42,898 nucleotides of DNA, from contig JACQGO010000135.1 of assembly GCA_016199485.1 (NCBI GenBank), positions 1 to 42,898 of the forward strand, read 5' to 3'. The stretch comes from Betaproteobacteria bacterium (GTDB lineage: Bacteria > Pseudomonadota > Gammaproteobacteria > Burkholderiales > SG8-41). The position numbers and the translations under genes are program-made. The notes beneath the pieces were generated by a model. The model was not told where the DNA came from and searched no databases. It worked only from the letters and a program-made list of their open reading frames with translations. The first letter of the stretch is position 1. Each line of letters opens with the position of its first letter. Shown here in pieces: positions 33,494 to 42,840 of this stretch.

Positions 33494-35227
33494 TCAGGCC
33501 GCCACGATCGCGCCATCCGCACTGCGCGGGCGCCACATCAGGTAGTAGTCGATGGTGCCGCCCGTGAGGCCGCCGACGCCGATCGTCTGGATGATGTCCT
33601 GGCCGTTCGTGAGGATGAACGTCTTCGCGTCGGCGTCCCACGGCTCGACAGTGGTGGTCGGCGTTGCATCCACCCACACCTCGTTCGCGATCAGGTCGCG
33701 CGCATCGGCGATCTGGGCGATGAGGACCGCCGTATTGCCCGCCACGCCGAGCTCGAGCGTGACCGCGCCGCCGGCGGTGATGGCATTCGTGTTGCACACC
33801 CCGAACACCTGCACCTCCACCACGCCGGTCACGGTGAAGACCGTGAACGCTCCGGCCGCCCCAGCATCCGTGGCGAAGTCCCAGTTGCCCATCAGCGGGC
33901 GCCAGCCCTGCTTTTCGGAGAGGTGGCGCACCGCGGCATACAGCGACACGTCATTCCCGGGGGCCGCCGCAGCCGCGGCCGCGGCCGGGCCTGCACCGTT
34001 GATCTGGTCGTACAGCGACCGGTCGGCCAGCTCGGTATCCGTCCCGAGCTTGCCGGCGATCAGATCTGTGGTGGCCGCTTCGGCGCCGCCCAGGAGATTC
34101 TCGACGATGTGACGCACCGCGGCATACAGCGACACGTCGTTTGCCGGCGCCGCAGCCGCGGCCGCAGCCGCCGGGCCTCCGCCATTCACGATGTCGTACA
34201 GGGACCGATCGGCGAGCTCCGTGTCGGTGCCCAGCTTGCCGTTGATGCTCTCGGTGGTGGCGCCGTTCGGCCCGCCCAGCATGTCGTACAGCGAGACATC
34301 CGCCATTTCCGTATCGGTGCCGATCTTGCCGTGCAGCGAGTCGGTGGTGGTGTCGTTGGCCGCGCCGATCGAGGCGTTCTCGGAGTTGTTGTCCTGGTCG
34401 GCGACATTCGCATCGTAGCTGTTGGGCCCGATCGCGTTGCCCACCATGTTCGTGGTATTGGCCAGCGCCACCACGGTCTGCCCGTTGCCGTGGAACCGGC
34501 AGTGGCGGATGTTGAGGTTGGTCGTCGCCACCGAGTCGTTGTTGATGCAGCCATCGTCGTACGGGTTGGTGCCATCCGACCCCACGAACAGGCAGTCCTC
34601 GACCACCGGGTTGTCGATCACTCCCTCGATCTTCACGCCGCAGTCCGGGCCGTTGGCCGTGACGCGCCAGATGCAGCGCCGGAAGCGCACACGCTCCGCC
34701 GCCGCCGTGAGCGTGACCCCCAGCAGGTCGCTCGCACCCTGGTTGAATTCGCACTCATCGAAGAGCACGTCCGCTGCCGCGATGTTCGCCAGCCCCGTTG
34801 CCGCATGGGCGGCCGTCGCTTCGTTGAACAGGAAGTTCTTGAACACGATGTTGGCCGCGGTGATGCTCACGCCGTCCACGTTACCGTTGAGCGTGATCTG
34901 CGGGCGATCGGAACCATCCCCGCTCCCGATCACGCGCACACCGGCGATATCGGCGGCGATCGCGGCGGTCAGCGTCTCGGAATGGCCCGGGGCCACCAGC
35001 ACCACATCGCGCTGGCCGGCCGTCAGCAGGTCAGACGAGAAGGCATAGGCCAGCGTGGCGAAGGGCAGGTCCGGGCTGCGCCCGTGGCCCACCGTGTCAC
35101 CCTTGTTGGCGTGGTTGCCGTCCACGTAGAAGATCTTGCCCGGCACGTCCGTGACGCTGGCGATGGTGTACACGCCGCCCGGGGTCTTGCGCGAGAACAG
35201 CTCGGTTCCTTCGACCGCGAATGCCAT
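33494..35227 (-). CDS. Head fibre/spike-like protein: beta-helix domain plus internal repeats
   Basis: IFYVD....G.SP..PFATL..A, D.VLVAPGH.E (pectin-lyase-like start); GKLGTDTELAD.SLYD three times. Confidence 0.7.
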   Translation of the reverse strand: MAFAVEGTELFSRKTPGGVYTIASVTDVPGKIFYVDGNHANKGDTVGHGRSPDLPFATLAYAFSSDLLTAGQRDVVLVAPGHSETLTAAIAADIAGVRVIGSGDGSDRPQITLNGNVDGVSITAANIVFKNFLFNEATAAHAATGLANIAAADVLFDECEFNQGASDLLGVTLTAAAERVRFRRCIWRVTANGPDCGVKIEGVIDNPVVEDCLFVGSDGTNPYDDGCINNDSVATTNLNIRHCRFHGNGQTVVALANTTNMVGNAIGPNSYDANVADQDNNSENASIGAANDTTTDSLHGKIGTDTEMADVSLYDMLGGPNGATTESINGKLGTDTELADRSLYDIVNGGGPAAAAAAAAPANDVSLYAAVRHIVENLLGGAEAATTDLIAGKLGTDTELADRSLYDQINGAGPAAAAAAAAPGNDVSLYAAVRHLSEKQGWRPLMGNWDFATDAGAAGAFTVFTVTGVVEVQVFGVCNTNAITAGGAVTLELGVAGNTAVLIAQIADARDLIANEVWVDATPTTTVEPWDADAKTFILTNGQDIIQTIGVGGLTGGTIDYYLMWRPRSADGAIVAA

Positions 35228-35335
35228 CTGGGTTCCCTCGCTAGAGGTTGACCATTGTTGGCGGGGCGGTCTCAAGCCGCCCGGCATGCAGAAGGCGCCC
35301 GGGCCGCCCCGGGCGCTTACCTTCCATCAGCAAGG

Positions 35336-35821
35336 TCAGACCTTGTTGATGTAGAGCTTCGAGGCCGCCACGGCGGCGCCGCTCTGCTCGGGCTTCATCA
35401 GCGACATCATCTTCACGTAGACGCAGGAGATGTTGTCCGCGCTCGTGTTGCCCGTCTCCGCCCCGTAGAAGCGGATGTGCGTGAAGTTGTTCGCTACGTC
35501 GAGGTCTTCCGGCCGGATGTCGAACACGATAAAGTCCCCGTCGGCGTCGATCGGCGTGTCGGTGTCGTAGTCCCCCGTGGCGCTCGACGTGGTGAGGTCC
35601 TTCTTGCCGGCACCCGCGGAGCTCGTGGCCTGCTCGATGTTCGCGGTGTCGAGGTCGTCGGCCGCATCCCAGGTGCCGAGCTCGACGTAGACCAGGGCGC
35701 GCTCGACCCCCACCATCGAGGTCCAGTGCACCGTATCGTCGCTGCCCGCGGTGTTGGTGCCGCCGATGTCCGTCTCGGTGAACGGCAGGCTGACGGCCAG
35801 GCATTCGCTCAGGAGGTTCAT
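35336..35821 (-). CDS. Capsid decoration/cement protein
   Basis: Directly after the major capsid; EQATS..G.G.K, EDLD..N.F.H. Confidence 0.7.
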   Translation of the reverse strand: MNLLSECLAVSLPFTETDIGGTNTAGSDDTVHWTSMVGVERALVYVELGTWDAADDLDTANIEQATSSAGAGKKDLTTSSATGDYDTDTPIDADGDFIVFDIRPEDLDVANNFTHIRFYGAETGNTSADNISCVYVKMMSLMKPEQSGAAVAASKLYINKV

Positions 35822-35891
35822 CGCTGCCCTTGAAGCTGGAGGTGGATGGAGCCGGGCGACTCAGCGCCCGGCGGGAGACGATGCTCCGGCG

Positions 35892-37256
35892 TTACGCGCG
35901 GGTCGCCAGCGCCACGAATGGCGAGGTCGAGTTGGAGCCCTTGGCCGGGGTCTTCGCGGCCGACCACCAGGGCTTTCCGTTGATGCGCATCGTGAAGCGA
36001 AACGTTTCCTCGCCGTTGAGGAAGCGCACGTGCATCGACGTTGCGATGTCGAGCCCGCCCTTCTCGGCGATGACGTACTGGCTCAGGTCGGCAAGCACGA
36101 TGTCGCCCACCGTGCCGAGCGTCGCGCACTGCTCGACGGGGATCACGGGCATGCCGTAGAGCGTGTCGAAGGGAGCGCCGGCGAGCCCGTTGGCCGGCAG
36201 GTACACCGGCACCCCTCCCGTGCCAACGGCCAGCGACATCAGGTGCAGCTGCGGCTCGATATCCTGGTTGATGAACCACGCCGCGTTGCGGCGGCTGCGT
36301 GCCCAGAGCCGCGCGCGCATCTTGACGATGTTCTGCGGGACGAGCGTCTTCAGCGGCTGGCCCGCTTCCTTATCGATGGTCACCAGCGCGGCGGCATTGA
36401 GGACGCCCAGGCACTGCCCTGCGCCGGTGCCGTTCAGGATCTCGTCGTCGCTCTTGTAGGCGAACTCGTTGCCGAACACGGTGCGCAGGATCGTGCCGAA
36501 CGCCGGCGCATCCTGCATCAGCTCGTCGGTCTGGTACGAGATCGCCATCAGCTTGAGCAGCGTGATCTCGAGCTGCGCCAGCGCCGGCTTGGTCGCCGTG
36601 GCGGTGCCGGCCTCCGGCTCGCGGTAGACCACCACCCCGCCCGCGCGGCTGCCGTCCGCCCGGCTGGTCTCGTTGATGTAGGGGAGCCTGATCGAATTCG
36701 AGGGGCTGCTGACCGGGATGCGCATGCAGCGCGGCAGCAGCACCGCCTGTTGTTCCGCCGTGGCAAGCAGCGCCAGCGACATGTCGTGGCCGACGAGGAA
36801 TCCGCCCTCCGAGCCGATGGACTCGTTCGCCCCGGAAGCGGCGGCCTGGAACAGGCGCGGGTCGGGCTGCGCGCCAGGCCGGCCGGCCTTCATCACGGCC
36901 TGGAAGAACTCTCCCATGGCCTCGGCCTGGATCATCTCGCGCTGGCGCGGCGTGAACGCATCGAGGCTGCGCCCCGTCGCCAGCCGGCCCCAGGGCCTGT
37001 CGGCGGCGTTGTCGTGCAGCGCCGTGACGCGCAGCTGGTCGAACGGCAGCGCGACGGCCGTGCGCTCGATCGCCTCCTGCTGTTCGCAGGTCTTGATCTG
37101 CGCATCGACCTTGCCGATCTCGGCGTGGATGACGTCGAGCTTCGTCTGATGCTCGGCGGTGATGCCGCCGGCTGTCGTGGCCTCGGCGAGCACCGCCTGC
37201 GCATCGCGGACGAACCCGGCCCGCTTGTCCTGGAGCACCTGCTTGAGGGAAGGCAT
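35892..37256 (-). CDS. Major capsid protein, HK97 fold
   Basis: N-terminal delta domain, GGFLV, G.GAGQ.LG.LN, TL.G.PVI, SMHVRF, SPFV.L..R. Confidence 0.95.
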   Translation of the reverse strand: MPSLKQVLQDKRAGFVRDAQAVLAEATTAGGITAEHQTKLDVIHAEIGKVDAQIKTCEQQEAIERTAVALPFDQLRVTALHDNAADRPWGRLATGRSLDAFTPRQREMIQAEAMGEFFQAVMKAGRPGAQPDPRLFQAAASGANESIGSEGGFLVGHDMSLALLATAEQQAVLLPRCMRIPVSSPSNSIRLPYINETSRADGSRAGGVVVYREPEAGTATATKPALAQLEITLLKLMAISYQTDELMQDAPAFGTILRTVFGNEFAYKSDDEILNGTGAGQCLGVLNAAALVTIDKEAGQPLKTLVPQNIVKMRARLWARSRRNAAWFINQDIEPQLHLMSLAVGTGGVPVYLPANGLAGAPFDTLYGMPVIPVEQCATLGTVGDIVLADLSQYVIAEKGGLDIATSMHVRFLNGEETFRFTMRINGKPWWSAAKTPAKGSNSTSPFVALATRA

Positions 37257-37510
37257 CGTTCGTGTCCTCACGCTGCGGCGCGGGGACACGAAATGGAAAA
37301 CGCGGGAGCCCCGCGCCAGGTTCAACACCTGGGCAGGCACTCCCGCGCCGATCGTCGGATCACGTGGGACGTGCGTCGCACTGCGGATCGGCCCATCGTC
37401 GGATGGGCGGCACCGCAGCGTCTGGTCGTGGGCCGGTTACGCGCGCCGTCGGGCGCCCGGTTGTTCCGGCCACGTTGCGTTCAGACTACACGTTCGTTCG
37501 GGCTTGTCAA
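37257..37510 (-). promoter_or_regulatory. Capsid promoter and structured 5' leader
   Basis: TTGACA-N16-TAGTCT (37510-37483); three cCGACg hairpins; terminator-like stem; RBS-sequestering stem. Confidence 0.6.
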
Positions 37511-37812
37511 GCCCTCTGCATTCTCGAACCGTCATTCCGCAGCGGCCAACCGTCAGAATCGAATGCTCTGTTGCGCAGTACCTCGACCGAGTTGGGGAGA
37601 TACCCTCGCGTATGGTGATACGAAAAACCGCACCGCCCGCAAACGCGCCAGAACTCATAGTTTACCGCCGGCTCCGCGAACCAAGTGAGCGTGACACCCA
37701 GCTCTCGATGTTCGGTGCTGGCGTGCTGGTGCCCAACGATTGAGCACCAAGCCCAGATCAGGACACGAACCGCCCACCGCAGTTGGGCGGATCTGGCTGG
37801 TCCTTCCGCCAT
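37507..37812 (-). CDS. Moron-like hypothetical protein (C..VGH...CGRCG)
   Basis: Lower-GC ORF between the protease and capsid genes; GAGG RBS. Confidence 0.55.
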   Translation of the reverse strand: MAEGPARSAQLRWAVRVLIWAWCSIVGHQHASTEHRELGVTLTWFAEPAVNYEFWRVCGRCGFSYHHTRGYLPNSVEVLRNRAFDSDGWPLRNDGSRMQRA

Positions 37813-37815
37813 GGC

Positions 37816-38736
37816 TCATCCCCTCAGCGCCAGCCGCGCCCTCGCGATCTCCAGCGCCGCCGCCGGGGAGAGCGGGGGCGGCACGGCCGCCAGCTCCGGC
37901 GCCTCCGCCTCGGCCCGCATCCCGCGCCTGCGCTTGCCGCCCATCAGCCCGGCCAGCACGGTCTCCATCGTGCCCAGCCGGTCGGCCATCCCGGCCGCCA
38001 CGGCATCCTGCGCCAGCAGCACGCGGCCCTGCCCGAAGTCGGCGTTCACCTTCGCCTGCGAGACGCCGCGCCCTGTCGCCACGGCGCGCACGAAATCGCG
38101 GTGCAGCGCGTCCACCTGGGCTTGGAGATGCGCCCGCGCACCGCCGCTCAGGGGCATCTCCGGCGCACCGTCCGCTTTGTACTGCGCCGACGTGATGTAG
38201 GTGGGGGTGATGCCCTCCGCATCGAGCGCGCGCGAGAAATCGTAGTGCAGCGCCAGCACGCCGATGCTGCCCACCTGCGACGAGGGCGCGGCCACGATGC
38301 TGTCCGCAGCCGAGGCGATCCAGTAGGCCGCCGAGGCCATGAAGCCATCGGCGAAGGCGACGATCGGCTTCGTGCCACGCCCCGCCAGGATCTCCGCCGC
38401 CATCTCGGGCACGCCGAACACGCCGCCGCCGGGGGAGTCCACGTGCAGCACGATCGCCTGCACCTGGGGATCGGCCAGCGCGCCCCGGAACCGCTCGCCG
38501 AACGTGTCGAGCCCGGTCGCCCCGAACAGCATGGCCAGCGGCCCGGGCCGGCGCGTGATCACGCCCATCAGCGGGATCACCTGCACGCCCACCATCGGGG
38601 CGGCCAGCCGCGACTCCCCGAGCGCGGCCTGCATCTCCAGCGCGGCCTCGATCGGCACAGCGGCCGCGCGGATCGCATCGAGCCGTTCCGGCATGATCGC
38701 CCACAGCCGGTCATCCGAAATGAGCAACGGGTTCAT
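37816..38736 (-). CDS. Prohead protease, S49 (SppA/ClpP-like)
   Basis: DSPGG, ASAAYWIAS, GSIGV, YK, F...VA.GR, G.AD. Confidence 0.93.
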   Translation of the reverse strand: MNPLLISDDRLWAIMPERLDAIRAAAVPIEAALEMQAALGESRLAAPMVGVQVIPLMGVITRRPGPLAMLFGATGLDTFGERFRGALADPQVQAIVLHVDSPGGGVFGVPEMAAEILAGRGTKPIVAFADGFMASAAYWIASAADSIVAAPSSQVGSIGVLALHYDFSRALDAEGITPTYITSAQYKADGAPEMPLSGGARAHLQAQVDALHRDFVRAVATGRGVSQAKVNADFGQGRVLLAQDAVAAGMADRLGTMETVLAGLMGGKRRRGMRAEAEAPELAAVPPPLSPAAALEIARARLALRG

Positions 38737-40364
38737 GCCGCCTCCTCAAGAGCGAGAGCTGCAAGGGTATCGGGCAGGGTGCGCTCCCACGCCGCGGAGG
38801 CGATCAACCCCTGCTCGCGCAAGGCCGCCTGCTGCGAATCGCAGTAGCGCCGCGCCCGGCCGGGCTCGATGGCCAGCGCCTCGGCCACGAGCACGGCGTG
38901 CTCGGCGTAGAACGTCTCCAGCCAGGCATGCCAGCCGGGCAGGTCCTGGGCATGGCGCTCCGCCGCCTTTGCCACCGCCGCGATCTCGCGCCGCGCCAGC
39001 CGTTCCGCAGCCGCGCGGACCACCGCATGCATGCGCGTGCTCTCTGCAAGCATGCTGGGCTGAATCGGCGCTGAAACAGCCATGGGGGCTGGTGCCGGCG
39101 CACCCATCCCCTCGGCAACGTCCATCTGCGCCACGGTGCCCGGCTCGCGGGCGGGCTGCGGAGCGTTCGCCCCCTGGCGCATGTTCAGCGGGGAGAGCGG
39201 CTCGTCGAGCCCATCGAGCGGGTTCAGGTTTTCGAGCACGCGCACCTCGTTCCGCGTCATCCACCCGTTCAGGATCGCGCCGGTGTAGAAGGCCGAGCGC
39301 GCAGCGCCGTCCGCCCACATGCGCGCATCGACCAGGAACTCCGCGAACCACGTCTCGGGCGCGGCGATCAGGTCGCGCGAAACCGCCTGCGCGATGCGCT
39401 TCAGCCATGGCGCCAACGTGTCCTGGACGAATTCGAGCGCCTGCTGCTCCACGTTCGCTCGGGTGGACTGGTCGTAGATGCCGATCTTTGCCGGCTGCAC
39501 CCGGAACACGCGCGCGATCTCGATGGCCTGCTCCTTCCGCACCGCCTGGAGCTGCGTCTTCTCGGCATCGAGGCCGATCGGCTGCCACTTGAACCCACGG
39601 TCGAGGAAGGCCGTCTTGTGGGCATTCTCCACCCCGGCCCGCGCGGTAGCCCAGGATTCCTCCAGCGCCTTGCGCTGCTCGGCCGGCAGCACCTGTTCCG
39701 TGGAGAGGATCCCGAGCGTGGAGCCCTGCCTGAACAGCCGCGCCGCATAGCCCTCCGCCGCCAGCGCTAGGGCGATCGTCTCGCGCACCAGCGCCAGCAC
39801 CGGCTGGCCGATCAGTCCATCCAGGCTCAGCCCGGGGATGCGCAGCACCTCCTCCTGCAGCAGGATACGCTCTCCGCCGGTCGCGGGATCGCGCACCTTG
39901 TACCGCAGCCGCCGGCCGGGCAGCCATTCCGGCTTCACGGTATCCGGATGGAGCGGCCAGAGCTGATCGACGAAACCGCGGGCGCCCGGCTGGATCTCCG
40001 CGTAGAACGTACCCCACAGCGCCGCGAACACGATCGCGAGCTGCCAGAAGTCGAACGCGCTCATGAGGTCGTTGGGGCGGTCGTGCAGGATCGAGTAGAG
40101 CGGCTGTTCGGGATCGCGGCTTTTCAGCACCCGCCCCTGCGCGTCGCGCTCGCGGCGGTAGAGCACGCAGGGCAGGGCGGCCACCGACTCGGAGAGCACG
40201 CGCACGCAGGCCAGCGCGGCGGACGCCTTGAGCACGTCCGCCTCGGCGAAGCGCAAGCCGGTTGCGCTCGCCGTGCCGTAGGGCCGATACCAGTAGTCGT
40301 CGCCCGGCGCCGGCGTGCCGGCCGAGAAGATCCGCTCCATCTGCTGCGCGAGGACGCCCATCAT
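38733..40364 (-). CDS. Portal protein, HK97 family
   Basis: ACVRVLSESVA.LP, L..RPN, GLSLDGL.G, EIAR.F.V.P, G.MTRNEVR..EN. Confidence 0.95.
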   Translation of the reverse strand: MMGVLAQQMERIFSAGTPAPGDDYWYRPYGTASATGLRFAEADVLKASAALACVRVLSESVAALPCVLYRRERDAQGRVLKSRDPEQPLYSILHDRPNDLMSAFDFWQLAIVFAALWGTFYAEIQPGARGFVDQLWPLHPDTVKPEWLPGRRLRYKVRDPATGGERILLQEEVLRIPGLSLDGLIGQPVLALVRETIALALAAEGYAARLFRQGSTLGILSTEQVLPAEQRKALEESWATARAGVENAHKTAFLDRGFKWQPIGLDAEKTQLQAVRKEQAIEIARVFRVQPAKIGIYDQSTRANVEQQALEFVQDTLAPWLKRIAQAVSRDLIAAPETWFAEFLVDARMWADGAARSAFYTGAILNGWMTRNEVRVLENLNPLDGLDEPLSPLNMRQGANAPQPAREPGTVAQMDVAEGMGAPAPAPMAVSAPIQPSMLAESTRMHAVVRAAAERLARREIAAVAKAAERHAQDLPGWHAWLETFYAEHAVLVAEALAIEPGRARRYCDSQQAALREQGLIASAAWERTLPDTLAALALEEAA

Positions 40365-40537
40365 CTCCTCATCCGTGAGGCGATGTACGGAGCGGCGGCC
40401 AGCAGCAGCGTCAGCACCAGGCCGATGCCGCCGACCACCACGTACGCCGCGGGCTCGTTCCACCGGATCAAGCCATACACCATCAGGAGCGCGAACGCCA
40501 GCCCAAACGCATCGACCAGCCATTCCTTGCCGCGCAT
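40361..40537 (-). CDS. Small 2-TM protein between terL and portal
   Basis: Read manually: MRGKEWLVDAFGLAFALLMVYGL...PAAYVVGGIGL. Confidence 0.65.
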   Translation of the reverse strand: MRGKEWLVDAFGLAFALLMVYGLIRWNEPAAYVVVGGIGLVLTLLLAAAPYIASRMRR

Positions 40538-40540
40538 CGG

Positions 40541-42265
40541 TCAGGCCCAGGTGAGGGTGGGGGCGGGCGCGGCCCCGCCGCGCATGCGCAGGGCGTTTGC
40601 GGCAATCAGCGCGTCGATTCCGTCGATCTTGTGCGGGCTGTTGGCCGTGGCCTTCTTCGGCAGGATCGATCCGTCCACCTTGCGCGTGACCACGGCGTTG
40701 CTCGCCATCCACCGCAGCACCGGGTTTCCGTCATGCCGGAACAGGCGACCCTTGACCCGCGCCTCCAGGTCCAGGGCGGGGTCGGTCACGTTCTTGGCGT
40801 TCTTGCCTTCGATCACGGCGGTCAGCCCGTCGGTCATGAGCCGCGAGGCGATGTGCGCCGAACCGTACTGGTCAAACTGGGCGCCCTGCACGTCGAACCG
40901 CTTCCACAGGGCGCGGATGTGGCGCTCAATCAGGTCGTAATCGGTGATGTTGCCCTCGGTGATGGTCAGCAGCCCCGCCTTCTCCCAGGCGTAGTAGTGG
41001 GCGATCTTCTTGGCCCGCTCGGCGATGCACTCGCGTGCGATGAAGAACCACGGGAAGCCGACCAGCTCCTCGCCGCGCTCGAACAGGAGGAACAGCGCCG
41101 TCAGGTCGTCGCGGTCGGCCAGGTCGGCCCCGAGCCATGCGCGCTGGCCCTCGAACTGCTCCAGCCGCAGATCGCGATCCGTGCAGCGGTTCCACGCCTC
41201 CATGTTGAGCCAGCCGTTGGCCGCGTTGAGCCAGAGGTTCATGCGCTTGGTCTTGTACTCGCCCTCTGCCGCCGGGTTTACGCGGGCCTCGACCGCCTCC
41301 TCGCGCAGCACCTTCGGGTCGCACGACACGCCGAGGTTCGGGTTGGCCTTGATCCACACGTCCTCGTCAAACGGGTCGTCGCCCGCCGCGATGCCCTGCG
41401 ACACGTCCGCCAGGTCCAGCGTGTAGATGATCCCGAAGTAGTTGTCGGCATCGAGCACGCCTTCAAGCACCTTGGTCAGGAAGGTGCGCTGCTCCATGCA
41501 CACGCTCTCCAGGTGATACCCGGCCGTGGTGACGTAGAGGCTCAGCGGGTTCTTGCGCGCGCCCCGCGCCGAGCGCAGCACGTCGAACAAGGCGCGATCC
41601 TTGTGGGCGTGCAGCTCGTCGATGATGGTCATGTGGGGGTTGAGCCCGTCCTGGGTGGACGCCTTGGCGTTGATCGGGCGGATGTTACCGCCGTTGACGG
41701 TGCTGCTGATGGCGTGCGCCCACACCTCGACGCCGAAGGCGGCGCACAGGGCCGGCGTGCGCTCGGCCATCCTCTTCGCCACGCCGAACACGATCTCGGC
41801 CTGGTCACCCGTGGTCGCCGCGCACTTCACCTGCGGGCCCGGCTCCCCCTCGCAGCAGAGCCCGTAGAGCGCAAGTCCGCTCGCAAGCGGGCTCTTGCCG
41901 TTCTTGCGGCCGCATTCGATGTAGGCGGTGTTGAACCGGCGCGCTCCCGTCTCCCGGTGGCGCCAGCCGTAGAGCGTGGTGAGGATGAACACCTGCCACG
42001 GCTCGAGCACCAGCGTGGGCGATTGCCACTCGCCCTCGACGTGGGGCAGTTTCTCGACAAAGTCGCACACATCGGCCGCGTACCACTTGCCGAACCGGAA
42101 GGGCCAGGAGGAGTCCCGCTTCGCACGCGCCAGGTCGTCGAGCTGGCGCTGGCAGGCCAGCCGCACCCAGCGGCAGTGCCGCTTGCCGGCCGTGTCGCGC
42201 GCCGCCTTCCTGGCGTACGCGAGCGCGATCTTGATGTAATCCCGTCCCTGGGATGCCGTCGTCAT
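40541..42265 (-). CDS. terL: Terminase large subunit
   Basis: LEPWQ, GRKNGKS, IIDELHAH, TTAG, KANPNLG, DLA...D, KIDGIDA. Confidence 0.97.
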   Translation of the reverse strand: MTTASQGRDYIKIALAYARKAARDTAGKRHCRWVRLACQRQLDDLARAKRDSSWPFRFGKWYAADVCDFVEKLPHVEGEWQSPTLVLEPWQVFILTTLYGWRHRETGARRFNTAYIECGRKNGKSPLASGLALYGLCCEGEPGPQVKCAATTGDQAEIVFGVAKRMAERTPALCAAFGVEVWAHAISSTVNGGNIRPINAKASTQDGLNPHMTIIDELHAHKDRALFDVLRSARGARKNPLSLYVTTAGYHLESVCMEQRTFLTKVLEGVLDADNYFGIIYTLDLADVSQGIAAGDDPFDEDVWIKANPNLGVSCDPKVLREEAVEARVNPAAEGEYKTKRMNLWLNAANGWLNMEAWNRCTDRDLRLEQFEGQRAWLGADLADRDDLTALFLLFERGEELVGFPWFFIARECIAERAKKIAHYYAWEKAGLLTITEGNITDYDLIERHIRALWKRFDVQGAQFDQYGSAHIASRLMTDGLTAVIEGKNAKNVTDPALDLEARVKGRLFRHDGNPVLRWMASNAVVTRKVDGSILPKKATANSPHKIDGIDALIAANALRMRGGAAPAPTLTWA

Positions 42266-42789
42266 GAGGGTCTGCGCCCGTTGCGGGTGAAGGGGTTCTG
42301 CGCGGCCGGCGGGAGAGCCTTGACGCGGCTCCGCGAGCTCGGGGTCAGCCCGAACTCAGCCTCGTACCGCAGCATCACCAGGATGTGTTCCCGTTGCGAG
42401 TTGAGCGCCGGGTGCTTGATCGTCATGCCCGTTTCGGGGTTCGTGATGTAGCGCCCGGCAGTCGCGAGCACCGCCTGCGCCTGCACGACCTCACTGTACG
42501 CGATGCAGTAGTTCGCCAGGCCGCTCAGGTCGGCGCTGGTGAGCACGCGGATCTCCGCGAGCAGCAACACCATCGTGCGCCACTTGGCGGCGGCATGCTC
42601 GTCCAGGTGCGCGGGCGGCGGCACATCGCACGCGAGGATCGCTCCGGCCGCGGCCGTTGCCTCGCCAGCACCCCATGGCCCGACGATGACTTTCGGCGGC
42701 TGTGGCTCCTCGGTGTTCAGCTTCCGGCGCCCCGGATTGCCGCGCGCCTTTTTGATCTCCGTCGGTGTCGCTTTACGGCCTTTCGCCAT
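42262..42789 (-). CDS. terS: Terminase small subunit, P27 family
   Basis: GRK..PT..K...GNPG.R, PP.HL...A..KW, YC..Y, HPA, FGLTPSSR. Confidence 0.95.
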   Translation of the reverse strand: MAKGRKATPTEIKKARGNPGRRKLNTEEPQPPKVIVGPWGAGEATAAAGAILACDVPPPAHLDEHAAAKWRTMVLLLAEIRVLTSADLSGLANYCIAYSEVVQAQAVLATAGRYITNPETGMTIKHPALNSQREHILVMLRYEAEFGLTPSSRSRVKALPPAAQNPFTRNGRRPS

Positions 42790-42840
42790 GGCTTCCCATC
42801 AATTTCCAGTTCCGCGCGCGCAAAAAAAGCGGAGGCGAGG
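42790..42840 (-). other. Probable cos/packaging region (continues at 1-34 on circularisation)
   Basis: Noncoding, between the HNH stop and terS; T-run then GCGCGCGCG on one side, G-run on the other. Confidence 0.5.

Noticed and set aside
38733-40712. 659-aa portal as listed in the ORF track (and similar 5' extensions of capsid, MTase, RuvC and tail tip)
   Set aside because: The extensions overlap upstream genes; RBS-supported internal starts were used instead.
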